A stretch of 63,676 nt of DNA, the filler included, from Octopus bimaculoides (Eukaryota): assembly GCF_001194135.2 (NCBI RefSeq). It is 10 parts of 9 records of this genome, joined end to end, with 100 filler letters (N's around TTAATTAATTAA, not from the genome) between each part and the next. Parts side by side here need not be neighbours in the genome. Positions count along the whole stretch, not along the records: positions 19,424 to 29,052 come from NC_068982.1; positions 29,153 to 32,812 come from NC_068985.1; positions 32,913 to 39,516 come from NC_068981.1; 7 more parts are not named here. One strand, 5' to 3'. The notes beneath the pieces are model-generated. The model had not been told where the DNA came from. It did no database searches and was given only the letters and a program-made list of their open reading frames with translations. Made by a program: the position numbers and the translations under genes. Below, one piece after another: positions 24,430 to 36,706 of this stretch (positions within the stretch are counted from its first letter, which is position 1; every line of letters begins with the position of its first letter).

Positions 24430-24570
24430 GAAGGGCATCCAGCTGTAAGAATCATACCAAAACAGATACAGAAGTCTGGTGCAGGCACCTGCCAAGCCAG
24501 CTCCTGTCAACCTGTCCAACCCAAGCCAGCATGGAAAGCAGATATTAAATGATGATGATGATGATGACTG
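24430..24570 (+). mobile_element. RTE-type 3' tail or SINE ending in (GAT)n
   Basis: GAAGGGCATCCAGCTGTA...GTCCAACCCAAGCCAGCATGGAAAG...GATGATGATG. An inverted related copy lies at about 26155-26297. Confidence 0.6.
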
Positions 24571-24976
24571 TATTTTTTCATGTTCACATTGTTAAACTGC
24601 TAGTGACTGGCTAGTAGACTGAAATGGGAGACTGAGAAGATTTGCAACAAAGGTAGGAAAAAGTATGTCTCTGCAGAAAAAAGAGACACCTCTTAGTCAT
24701 CTGGACAATTGCTTCATTCTATTCTAATGTTAATCTCACTGCAAACTGGAAGGGACCTAAAACATTAAAAATAAACCATCTCTTCCTTCTAGCAAATGAA
24801 GGAGATATGCAATAATCTACAAAGGAAAATCTTAGGACTCCTACCAAAGTGGGGTATTAAAAGCCATATAAACCTAAGGAGTAATTGCCATTGAAGTTCT
24901 ATAAATACTACCATATTGTTCCTAGATACACACTAAGTATTGCCAGAGCTCCTTGATTCTTTATGGAAATAGAGTT

Positions 24977-25189
24977 TTAACTCTTTAGCATTTATACTGG
25001 CCATAATACTCTATTTGTGTTATATACAAAATTGGCCAAATAGTCTATTACATCTATGCTACAATGTCATACTAAAAGCAAATAATCCTAAAATCGAAAT
25101 CTCAAAGCTACAAGACAATGCATGACTAATTCAAAACAATGTGAATAAATAAGCATTACATTTGACTAATCTGAATGCTAAAGGGTTAA
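24977..25189. mobile_element. piggyBac-like MITE with TTAA target site duplication
   Basis: TTAA-CTCTTTAGCATT ... AATGCTAAAGGG-TTAA. A decayed related copy lies at about 26560-26750. Confidence 0.7.
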
Positions 25190-25649
25190 AATTTCACGAA
25201 AGACTTGTATTTTCTTTAGTATAACATTTCAGCTGTACCAACAATTATACTTCGAGAAAAGCATAGGACTGTAATTGTAAAATCACTCGCACACAAAATG
25301 AATAGCATACAACAGTGCCAACAATGAGAGGGAACCAGCACACAAAACTTAAGTTGTGAGAAAAGGGGTGGGAAGAGTCACAGATGAAAATGACTAAAAA
25401 AAAAATGCTAGCCTCCAAAACTTCAACTAAAAATGTCCTGTTCTGCTGAGAAACAAAATTATTTTGGTAACTCTTCTTGCAGTTGCAAAAGCCAACGTTA
25501 AACTATACATATAATATAATTAAGCGAAAATTTTGTAATTTTCAATTTCATTACTAAAGTAGTCATTTTTTGGGATGGAAATTCTTAACTAAAAAGAATG
25601 GGGGGGGGGGGATAAAAAAACAAAACAAACAAACCAAAAACGAGTTTAC

Positions 25650-25781
25650 CTGCTCATCTCTCTTTTGTTTTCTGATTTGAATACCTTCTTCTTCACGACG
25701 TCTGCGTAGTTCTTGAGAATCCAAAGCTTTATTCTTGTATGACTTTATGCGATTACTGGCAGGACTAGAAGTATCAGCCAT
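25650..25781 (-). CDS. KPNA1/6: Importin subunit alpha (alpha-1 group), first coding exon, IBB domain: [44 protein letters not shown]
   Basis: On the minus strand, attttgcAG|ATG acceptor and CAG|GTAAAC donor; 132 bp = 44 codons. It matches the KPNA1/5/6 IBB pattern KSYKNK...[16 protein letters not shown]. The intron after EQ is at a position I recall as conserved in these genes. Confidence 0.92.
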
Positions 25782-27899
25782 CTGCAAAATGTAATTAATT
25801 TAAAGAAGTATAACAACAGTTTGGAAGGATAACTGAGTGTATATATTATTAATTGCAATAAATTCATGTATTTTTACAAAAAAACAAAAAACGCAACAGT
25901 ACATATTAAATGTTTTGTAGTAAAACAAAACATTAAGCATGTACTTAAAATATAATTTATATAATTCTATATATAAAATAAACACATGAACTGCCTGGGA
26001 AGAGAATAGTTAATTCAAATAATTGCTTTTTAAAGAAGACACCATCACTATTTCTCATTAGGTGGAGTTGGTTGTTAGCCATAGTGGAGCAGAAAATATG
26101 TGTAGATTTTAACATACATAACAAGAATTTTATTATTAACTCTAAAATCATATACATCATCATCGTTTAATGTCCGTTTTCCATGGTGGCATGGGTTGGA
26201 CAATTTGATTGAGGTCTGGAGAGCCAGCAGCTGCACCAGGCTCCAATCTGATCTGGCAATGTTTCTACAGCTAGATGCACTTCCTAACGCCAACCAAGTG
26301 TAAGTATTGTATGTTGTGTTTAAACCAGCAGCAGCAGCAGCAAGTTCTCTAGACATGTTACAAATGCAAGATTATTTTAGACAAACTAAATATTTGCATG
26401 AGTGTTTGTGTGTATATCAGGCAGGCCTTGTTCAAGGTGGCCAGGTACAGATGTCCTGACAAATTTATTACCCTGGTCATTCCAATTGAGAAATAAACAA
26501 GTTCATGTTCTGGCATGCATACTTTTCATTTTGATGATTTTAAGTAAACAGCAATATCTGGTCTAAATATTCTACCTTTTATTTTCAAACTGACCAGATT
26601 CAGCCTATCACACCTACCTTACAATGCCTTTCTAAAAACAGGCAGTCAAATCACTGAAATCTTGAAGCTACAAGATAACGCATGGTTAATTCAAACCAAT
26701 GTGAACTAATAAACATTACATTCGACAGAGTGTTCTGAATGTTAAAGTTAAAGTGGATGGAACTTGGAAAGAGGGGGGGGGACTACAAAGATATGGGATG
26801 AAATGGAAAAGACCGAGGGGTGGGGGTGGGGACAGGGTATTACAATAATTACTGATTCACACAGTTCTGATAAAGACATGTCCACTCATGCAAACAGCAT
26901 AATGAACTTAAAAATAATGATAATAAAGGAGGCTGAGAGATGCATATATATGTTTGAGCTATCACCAAATATATCTTTCATAAATCTCCATCTTGTAGTC
27001 ACTGCTTCTTCAATACCCTTTCATCTCTCTATAATTAATCTGTCTCTCACCTGTCCCCACTCACCTTCCCAACTTTCCACTGCACCACAATGTTTCCTAT
27101 CATCCTATTCTCACACTAGCACTTTTAGACAAGGTACTACACTCTCTGGTCTGGTAGTTGTTAAGAAAACTATCAGGTGATTAATGGCTTGTGAGAACAG
27201 TGCAAGCCATGTAGAGAACTGTAGTCAGCAAAGTCAAAGTTCACAATGAATTCAATGAGGAATTTAGTGTGAAAATAGGTATACATTAAGTCTTAGTTCT
27301 CAGCTCCTTCCTGTTTATTGTAGTTCGGCAACCATTAACAGAAGAGCTTAAAACTGGCTGTCTGTAATAAGTCTTCAATTGTGATGGACCTAACAATACA
27401 TATAGCACAGATAGAGACTGTGGAAGATTTAGATAAGAAATTCTAAATATGAAGATCACAGACAGAATTGAAAGGCTTCAGAGTAAACTAAGTAAAGACT
27501 ACAGTTTTTTTTTGTAAGTAGGAAAGAATACAGTATGCTTCTATCAGAGAAATGGCCATGCTTGGATATGTAGAAAAGGTGTAGGTAGAAATTTCATATG
27601 CTGTACTAAGTGATTTATGGGGGCCCAAGTGGTGTACAGGAATCAAAGGCAGTGAATAAAGACTGTTGTAGATGCACAAGACAACTTAGCAGTCAAGGAA
27701 CCAATAAAATTCTTTCAAATGCTTGAAAGATCGTATAAGAGTAGTTGATAGCTTCTGTTGCCTTGAAAACCTAATCAACAGTGGTGGAGAGAGTGCTGAA
27801 TGTACAGTAGCCAGAATAATAGGATGGAAAAAAGTTCAGGAGTAATTTACTTCTAACAATAAAAGATTTTTTTTTCTTTTTTGAGCAATAGGCAGATTG

Positions 27900-28270
27900 T
27901 ATGATGTTGGTGTGAAGGCTGGAAAGAAAGGAAGTAAGCATGCTTAACTAGATTTGCAAAGTTTTGGCACATGAAAAACATGGCACAGATAAGCTGAGAA
28001 AAAAACAATTGTGTATGAGGACTCAGATGTAGTGTGAAACAGAAGACTGCATTGTACAGATATGTAATACCAAAGGATAACAGATGGATAAAGAAGTGCT
28101 AGAGATCCATGCAGAAGGAAACAACAGAAGACCAAGAAAATTATAGGAATAAGTGTTGAAAGCTAATCTCAGGATGCTTAACTTCACAAAAAAGACAAAT
28201 GTAACAAGTAACAGGGCAACGTGTTGGAGAGGGCTCGGTCGATCTATTCAAGCATGGAAAAGGTAGAGAG
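27900..28270 (+). mobile_element. Highly decayed RTE-like LINE 3' region
   Basis: Remnant wording similar to the RTE C-terminal LRW.GHV...VEG..RGRPRKTW..V..DLR.LNL region. There is no open frame. Confidence 0.4.
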
Positions 28271-28914
28271 AGAGTGAGTGAGTGAGTTATGATATGCAGA
28301 GCAAATGTAAGAGAAATTATGGGGCATTTGATCTGTATAACATAATGCAATAAAGTATTCCCTTAATGATCCATTGTGGTTCAGCATCCAATTGCACTTG
28401 GAACACACAATGTAGAAGCTGCAAATAACTACAATGGAGAAACATATACAGGAAACAAATGATATAAGTTATATTTATGAATTTGTGTTGCAAGACTCCT
28501 GATGTGAAATTGTGTGTTGAAACAGATATTGTATTTCGGGATGGTAATTTTTTTTTTTGCCTCTATATATTCATTCTTCACTTGTTTATAACTGTTCTTA
28601 TTCTAACTCATGTCCATTGTTCATGAAATAAGTGGAGCAAGAGCACACACGAAGACAAGTGTCAGTGAAGAGGTCACAGGTGTGTGACGAAAGATTTCCT
28701 GACAATGGACACAAGTTAGAAGAACAATAATAAATGAGTGAAGAATGAATATATAGTGTGTGTGTTTACTTGGCAAAAAAGGAAAAAAGACTATCCCGAA
28801 ATACAACAATAAATGATATAAGCTTGTGTTTATCGTAATTTTTCATATATATCCCCCCCCCCTCTCACTCTCTGGGAGAGAGGCACAAGCACATACACAG
28901 AAGTATACACACAC

Positions 28915-29052
28915 GGCAGTAAATTCCGCCTACCAAATTCAATCACAAGGCTTCGGTCAGCCTGGGGCTATAGCAGAAGACACTTGCCCAAGGTGCCACG
29001 CGGTGGGACTGAACCCGAAACCATGTAGCTGGGAAGCAAGCTTCCTAACCAC
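28915..29052 (-). mobile_element. tRNA-derived SINE
   Basis: Minus strand begins GTGGTTAGGAAGCTTGCTTCCCAGCTACATGGTTTCGGGTTCAGTCCCACCGCGTGGCACCTTGGGCAAGTGTCTTC, a tRNA-like head with B box followed by a SINE core. Confidence 0.75.
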
Positions 29053-29393
29053 NNNNNNNNNNNNNNNNNNNNNNNNNNNNNNNNNNNNNNNNNNNNTTAA
29101 TTAATTAANNNNNNNNNNNNNNNNNNNNNNNNNNNNNNNNNNNNNNNNNNNNAACACCAGCACACCAAAAACTACTTCTTCAACAACGACCACATCTAAT
29201 AACAACTAAAGAAATAATACCACTTAAGCTAATCTTCGCTCAATTCATACTTAATACTAATCTATTTAATCCGGAAGGAAGGAAGATATGAAAGGGCTTA
29301 AAGGAGATTAGCGCTGAACAAAGAACGAGAAATTGATTTTTGAAAAAAAAAATGTAAAACAAAACATATATCAATAGAGTATGAAATTAAAAC

Positions 29394-29429
<36 letters not shown>

Positions 29430-29793
29430 TTGATGATGATGATGATGATAATAATAATAATGACGATAATGATAATGATAACTTCTTTTATTGGCCACAA
29501 GGTCCAAAACACGGAGGACAGTATCAATACAACATACAAAATAGGTGGGGTTAATATCGATCAAGTGGAGAAACGCTACAACGTTAAAGGATAGAACAGA
29601 AGGGTATATAAATTGAAATTAGAATAATGAATAATAAATAAATACAATGCCCATAGCTGAGTAATTAGGGTAATTAGTTAGGCTAATTCGAGGTAAAGCC
29701 CCATAAAAATCCCGGAATACTCTGTCATCCCCAAGGCATGAAAAATGCTATCTTCCAGTTTCTTTTCTCCTACTTAGAAAAGCATACTCAGAG

Positions 29794-30030
29794 TTGTTGT
29801 TGTTGGCACTCCGTCGCTTACGACGTCAAGGGTTCCAGTTGATCCGATCAACGGAACAGCCTGCTCGTGAAGTTAACGTGCAAGTGGCTGAGCACTCCAC
29901 AGACACGTGTGCCCTTAACGCAGTTCTCGGGGATATTCAGCGTGACACAGTGTGTGACAAGGCTGACCCTTTGAATTACAGGTACAACAGAAACAGGAAG
30001 TAAGAGTGAGAGAAAGTTGTGGTGAAAGAG
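29794..30030 (-). mobile_element. SINE-like interspersed repeat
   Basis: GC-richer block ...GCACTCCGTCGCTTACGACGTCAAGGGTTCCAGTTGATCCGATCAACGGAACAGCCTGCTCGTG... starting at a (GTT)n tail. Recognised by eye as a common cephalopod repeat; not verified by search. Confidence 0.55.
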
Positions 30031-30420
30031 TCCACCTTTTGATAAGCACAAGAGAAGGCAGCACTTCTATCTCTAGCCTCACCTTCATCTGCAAGTGATA
30101 TTTGAAGAAATTGATGAGAGTTTCGCCAAATAAGGAAGTGGCTGTCTTCAAACTTTCAGTTGGGTCCATCGCAGCCTTTTTTGCCACAGCCACTGAGTTG
30201 AGAAAGATCTGCCTCCCTTCTCTGCTAAAGGAAGGTAGTGCGTCAATCTTTGCTCTACACTATGCGGAAGATGGATTCGTCTTACACGAGACAGAAGCTG
30301 CTCAACACAGGACCAGAGCTCTCTAATGTATGGACACTAAACGAATGTATACAAGTTGATTTTGTCCCCTGCATGCATTTTGGGCAGGTTCGGCAGTTGG
30401 CACTTCCATGCCTGAAGAGC
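30030..30420 (-). mobile_element. Tx1/L1-like LINE ORF2 C-terminal remnant
   Basis: AVAKKA...LKTATSLFGETLINFFKYHLQMKVRLEIEVL...KRW resembles the ORF2 C-terminus of Tx1-like elements. RT fragments of apparently the same family lie at about 45400 and 55270. Confidence 0.55.
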
Positions 30421-31686
30421 CTGCCTTGAATAATAATAATAATGATAATTTCAAATTTTTGCAATTTAGGGGTGGGGGAGGCATGGTAAGTTGATTACAG
30501 TGTTCAATTAGTACGGCGCAATTTGAACTCAGAACGTGAAGACGGGACAAAATAACGCTAAGTATTTCCCCCGGCGTACAAACGATTCAGCCAGCTCGCC
30601 GCCTTAGCTTGCATATATTAAAGAATAGTTCTATTATTTTATAATAGTAAAGGTTCTGGATTGTTTGAATTGGAAAAGAGCAAGATAATTCTATGCACGA
30701 TCCTTTCTATTCTGAGATTTATAAAAAAACAGAAACCGAAGGATAAGAACCTTCCATCTTCTCTTAGATAAAATAAGTAATATTTAAGTATAGGAATCCT
30801 TATAATAGCCCATTCGGTGGAAGATATTTTGGATAGTAGGCTTAACACACTGTTTGGTTTAACAGTACCACCTCCATTTTGGATGCCTTTAGCGGAGTTC
30901 CCCTAGATCAGTCATAGGAAAAATGGGGCCCGCGGAATTTTCTGAAAAGTACGCCTAAACGAAAAGTTACCTTGAATATTTTTAACAGAGCGGTTTGCCT
31001 GATGATGTCTCATGCGGCCCGCTTCTCAAAAAATGTTGCACATGCCTGACTTCGTCGTTGATGTCATGTATCGTACGCCTTTTTTTGCAGCGCTTTGATG
31101 ACACTACATAGAAAGCCTTCCCGATTAAGCACTAGTTCTCTCATCGGATGAAGCCATAGCGTTACTTCGTTCTAACTTTTCCTCGTAGTGTTTTCTTGGC
31201 AGAAATTTTGGGTGGTCTGTCATTGCCTTCCTCAACTGGATAGCCGTTGGCTCTCAAGGTGCTCATCCGTGTTTTGACAAATCTTGTTTTTAGTCCTGCT
31301 GGGTATCCAGACTCCCTCCTCACAAGAGTAGCAAGCTACTGAATGAAGGACGCGGTTTCGTCGACGACCGTTCGACTATAGAACATGTAGTACTGGTTTA
31401 CATGGTACCCGTACCAGGTCATTTCAGCTTGTGACGAGATCCCAGACCAGGCCAAAATGCCTGACATATAATTGCTGGTATTTCGATGATATTCTTATTC
31501 ACAGAACTGTTTCTATTGGAGATATCCTCAATCTCCCCAGTTTGTGAGAATCTGAAAAGGTTAAGGGTACACACTTCACTTCCTTTGAGTAACGTATAGA
31601 TTTCAACGAGTGGGTGTTGCAGTTGTCTGATCAGTAGAACTATGTACTTATTGAGTTCCGACTCTATGTTCTGAGTTCAAATCCCA

Positions 31687-32147
31687 CGCTCTTAACCACT
31701 ACGCCATATGCTCGTGGGCAAACAAGATGAGGACAAATATCCGTCGAATGTAAATAATGTAAATATTGTAAATAATGTACATAATTCCTCAACTCTTAAT
31801 ATAGAACTGGGATCTTTTCCCTTTGAACGGCACATCGAGAAATTAATTTTTTGTAACTAAACACTTTCAAACTTCGGACACTGGTAGAATGTGTCATATA
31901 AAACATCTTTTATTCTTAGTGCTGTTGAGAAAAGTTTATATTTTCAAAGTGTTTAAAGTTGTCGTGTTTCGGTAATTTCAACCAATCAATGACGTGTATT
32001 CAGCTGAATAAAATTACTGCTGTTGTTTGTCAACAACAACTTCCGGCGATGTATATTTGTCTTCATCTTGTTTGCCCACGGGCATATGGCGTAGTGGTTA
32101 AGAGCGCGGGCTACTAACCCCAAGATTCCGAGTTCGATTCCAAGCAG
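31687..32147. mobile_element. Fold-back repeat element with about 60-bp inverted arms and a tRNA-like head
   Basis: 31687-31745 is the reverse complement of 32044-32106. The right arm runs into TGGCGTAGTGG (A box, 32087-97) and GAGTTCGATTC (B box, 32130-40). Confidence 0.75.
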
Positions 32148-34617
32148 TGATCTGAACAATAACATACTGCAGAGAAAAAGCGGTTATTTGAACCGATGTC
32201 CAACAAAGAAGGTTATTATATCCCAGTTGGATGTTTTTGATGAGAATCACCTCATCCACAAGATATGAATACTCCCTCTCTTCTCCCTCTCCATCTCTTC
32301 TGCTCTTTTCCTTAACGATACCCATGATGAACTTCATGAAATCTTGCACGAAAATTTATTGAAGTGTAATAATAAAACAGAATGCAAGAATGGATTCCAA
32401 TTATTTTTTAACATTTTCCTTCCGTTACTCGAATTTTGCCTTGCTGAAGATTGTTGAATATAACACGTAACCTCAAGGTTCAACGAACTGTTTATATATT
32501 TACACAAAATAAGCTCTACATTTATGTATTGAGTCTTTATATCATGTATCGACATATTTCGTTATATCAATAGACATACACACACACATGTATATATACA
32601 TATATATTTATATATATATATGAGTATCTGTGGATGTATATATGGATATTATAAGTGCACATACACACACACACATATGTGCATTCAGGTATATACAGAT
32701 ACATACAAGCAAGTACACACACGTTTATACTACTAAATAGATGTATATATTCATGCATACGCACATATATGCATATATTGAACTGTGTTTGAGTGTATAT
32801 ATATATATATATNNNNNNNNNNNNNNNNNNNNNNNNNNNNNNNNNNNNNNNNNNNNTTAATTAATTAANNNNNNNNNNNNNNNNNNNNNNNNNNNNNNNN
32901 NNNNNNNNNNNNTATATATCTATCAGAAAACAAGAAAGTAGGGAGATGATTAATGATTATATATTAATTACAAATATGACATCATCTCTGGCAGCTGTTT
33001 CGATTCCACACCATTAGAAATTAATTACCATAATTAAACCCATTTAAAAGTCGATATACAATTAGGTGTTCATATTCCTACTTGTTTAATTCACGGCTCC
33101 AAACCGTTGACAGATAACATTTATATATATAAAATAAACATGGTATTAACCTTACACAGGGGTGGAAGTTAGTATATTTATTGCAGGATTAATAACAGTG
33201 AGAATAGAATAATGTATCTATCTAGGGTGTTAAATAAAAGACAATGGGAAAGTAGGTATATGAGTATAATTGCAGTATATTACAATGTATTATTCACCAA
33301 TAAGCAGTGTGTACATTAATATTAGTAAAATAACAAGATATGAAATAAAATAGAAATAAAAAATTGAAAAATAAACAAATGTATAAATCAAATAAAAATT
33401 AAGGGAGAAAATCCGTAAAATAGCTTATAATTAAAGATTAAATATGTATACAATGAAAATAATGACAATGGTTAAAGGTGCATTGTTTTGGGTGTACTAT
33501 AATATAATATAATGAAATATAATTAAATACTAGAGAGATGAAGATACAAAAAGCCTAAAATAAAATAAAATTACTTAATAATAGAGGAAATAGTATGTTA
33601 TTACGTAGTCAAGTGATAGTTTGTTATATGTAACTAGAAACATAAATAAAATACAATACAATGCAAATGTATATTAATAATAGTAATTAATTTTAGGTGA
33701 AAGACGTTCTAAAAGATGTGTTACACTTAGTAAGTACCTAAGGAGTGAAGTAACGTAAAAGATGTAAGAACTTAATGATAGGGTTAATAAATATATATCA
33801 TTATTATTAATATTATATGCATGGTTATGGTTGATACAAAAATGTTCATTAATTTTAGAAGTGTTTAATATAGACAGAATCAGATACTATATAATAATGT
33901 GTAAGCAGAAAAAATAGAATATTTTAATAATATAAATATAGAAAATTAAAATTAAAATTAAATAAAACAACACTTTATTAGAATCTATCTCCTCTATGAT
34001 TAATTTTGAGTTGGAAAAATAAAGAGAAATGAAAAAAAAACTATTGGTCAAAATATATAAATTTTCAGCGTTCCAGAGAAAATACCGGAAATAAGTATGG
34101 TGGAAGAGTAATTGAAGAAAATAATGTTTCAGGTTAAAACTAAAAATAAATAAGAAGGGAGTACGTTCATGTTAATAAATATAAGGGCATAAAGTAGGTC
34201 AATATGTTAGGATTAATTAAATAATTGAAATAGGTTGTCTTGAAAAACTGCATTAGGAATTTATTATATAGAATAAGCAGAAAATTTTGTGTGCAAGCGA
34301 CTAATATTTTGATAGAGCTGGGCTGTACAATTATATAAGCTTATCGATAAGTTAATAATATAGACTAAGATATGGTTTATGCAGAACAATGCAATATTAA
34401 GGTATAGTAAATCATTAGTATACATAAATAAGTAATGGATTTGATGGACTTACGAGGAGAACAAAATAACGTAAATGGATTATTGTTATTAAGAAGGAGA
34501 GAAAAGATTCAAAGGGAGGTAATTTAAGAAATATATCAATACTTAAACATTGAGTTGGAAGATAAATAAAAAAAGATACAATATACATATATTTATATAT
34601 TGTTATATAGTATAATG

Positions 34618-34852
34618 TGTAGGCGCGTGGCTTAGTGGTTAGCATAATGATCGTAAGATTTTGGTTTCGATTCCTGGACCGGGTGACGCGTAGTGTTCTT
34701 GAGCACAACACCATTTCACGTTGCTCCAGTCGCCTCAGCAGGTAAAAATGAGTAACGCTCTGATGGACTGGCGTCCCGTACAGCTGGGGAGCACATACGC
34801 CGTTGAAGCCAAGAAACCGGGCCCATGGGCCTAGCTAGGCTTTAAATGGGCA
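34618..34852 (+). mobile_element. tRNA-derived SINE (second family)
   Basis: GGCGCGTGGCTTAGTGGTTAG...GGTTTCGATTCCTGGACCGGG head (A and B boxes), then GTGTTCTTGAGC...CACGTTGCTCCAGTC...GATGGACTGGCGTCCCGT body. Confidence 0.75.
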
Positions 34853-36046
34853 TATTTATTATTATTTTTTATCTAGTATAATAATATACCAATATAATTG
34901 GATGCGGGGATCAAATATATACTTCAGTGTAAAAGATATGGTTGTTATAAAACACATGGATATGAATATGCATAAATAAAAATTGATAGTCAAGGGAAGG
35001 TAATACATTAATAAATTACTGGAACCAAACCAAAATAGATTACAGAAATTAGTGAATGAGGTAAAAAAACGTGAAGGAGATCTATAGGAATATCACTTGT
35101 AATTATGTATTTCCCTAACTATCAAAAGCTAAAGTAACTAAGAATAAATAAATAAATAAAAATATATGCAAATATATAAAAGGAGAAATAAATAAGTAGC
35201 TAAATAAAGAAATAAATTTAATTATAAAAGTAAATAAATAAAGAGGCTAGATAAAAAAGAAAAAAATATATAAGTCAGTGTCTTATGAGATAGGTTCAAG
35301 GCAAATTATAAGTATAGTGTGTTTATTTATAAGATGTATGGTGTTACAACTATATAAATGTTAAAGTATTAATCCAAGAAATAGGAAGAATCTAAAATTG
35401 GTAGTTATGTAAATAAAAGATAGATAAGAAAAGAAGGTATAAGTTAGTCTCTTGTAAGATATGCACAAGGTCTAATACATGTATAGTGTGTTTATAAGGC
35501 ATATAGAATTATAACTATATAAAGGTTAAAGTATTAAACCAAGCAATGGGGAGACACTAAAATGGGCAGCTATATAAATATAAATATAAATATAAATATA
35601 AATAAATACACATGGTTAGAAATAAATATAGTGGTGCGGACCAATAGAGAAGAGTTCAAAATCAATATATTGTCCGAATAAAAATGGTGTGGGGGGATGT
35701 GATGCACAAGTTAATCATGATATATTCGTAAAGAGAATAGGAATAACTAAATATATCTTTATCTATGTTTAGAAAATACAAATTTGGGCATGAGGATAAA
35801 AGAAATATTATGATCACTACGGAAGTTAGGAATAGCATATTCTGCAGAGAAAATGAAAAATGTTTCATTTAAACATAACAAAGACAGTTATTCTTATTAA
35901 TTTGATAAGAAATTGCAGAGACTGATATCTCCTATTTTAAATCATAATGTATATTCTTACCTTTTAATTCCCAAATAAATCTACTTAAACCCGTAGATTT
36001 GATGAACGTTTATTCCTAAAAGTATAGAGATGGGTTGCTATGCGTT

Positions 36047-36128
<82 letters not shown>

Positions 36129-36538
36129 TCATTCATACATACATATATACACTCATATGGGTACAGAATAGATTATGTTCAATGAGTTCATTACGCTTGC
36201 AATTACTCATTAGTTGCTTTGGTTGCAAAATTAATATCTAGATATACCTATGTAACTCGTTGTATTCATATGATTGTGTGTGTGCGTGTGTCTGTTTTTT
36301 TAAATATATATTTGTGATTCTACGTGCAACGTTGTATTCCTCATACATCTTTTTTTTTTTACTTTTGCATGCAAAACGTGTGAGTGTGGTGATATCTCCC
36401 TCGTTTCATTACTTTGAATAATGTCTCTTCTGCCTTTGTATTTCTTATATCCGATGATGGTACGATATTCTGCATATATATTTGGCAGCAATTTACACTA
36501 GATAGCTCGTTACACCAGTCATGGATGTAAGTAACCTA

Positions 36539-36706
36539 TTTTCTTTGATTATCGTATTATTTAGTGCTATTTACTGGTATGTAATGCTGTAGCATTTTCT
36601 TTGATTATCGTATTATTTAGTGCTATTTACTGGTATGTAATGCTGTAGCATTTTCTTTGATTATCGTATTATTTAGTGGTATTTACTGGTATGTAATGCT
36701 GTAGCA
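36539..36706. repeat. 56-bp minisatellite, 3 copies
   Basis: TTTTCTTTGATTATCGTATTATTTAGTGCTATTTACTGGTATGTAATGCTGTAGCA at 36539, 36595 and 36651, with one mismatch in copy 3. Confidence 0.95.

Noticed and set aside
30850-31650. GC-richer block that might be an REL-type non-LTR element C-terminus (minus)
   Set aside because: Only vague motif similarity with many stops; I could not assign a family without a search.
32080-32150. Possible tRNA gene
   Set aside because: A and B boxes are present, but the acceptor and anticodon stems pair poorly and the sequence is part of a repeat arm; treated as a tRNA-derived head.
36539-36706. CRISPR-like array
   Set aside because: Head-to-tail identical units with no spacers, in eukaryotic DNA, with no cas genes.
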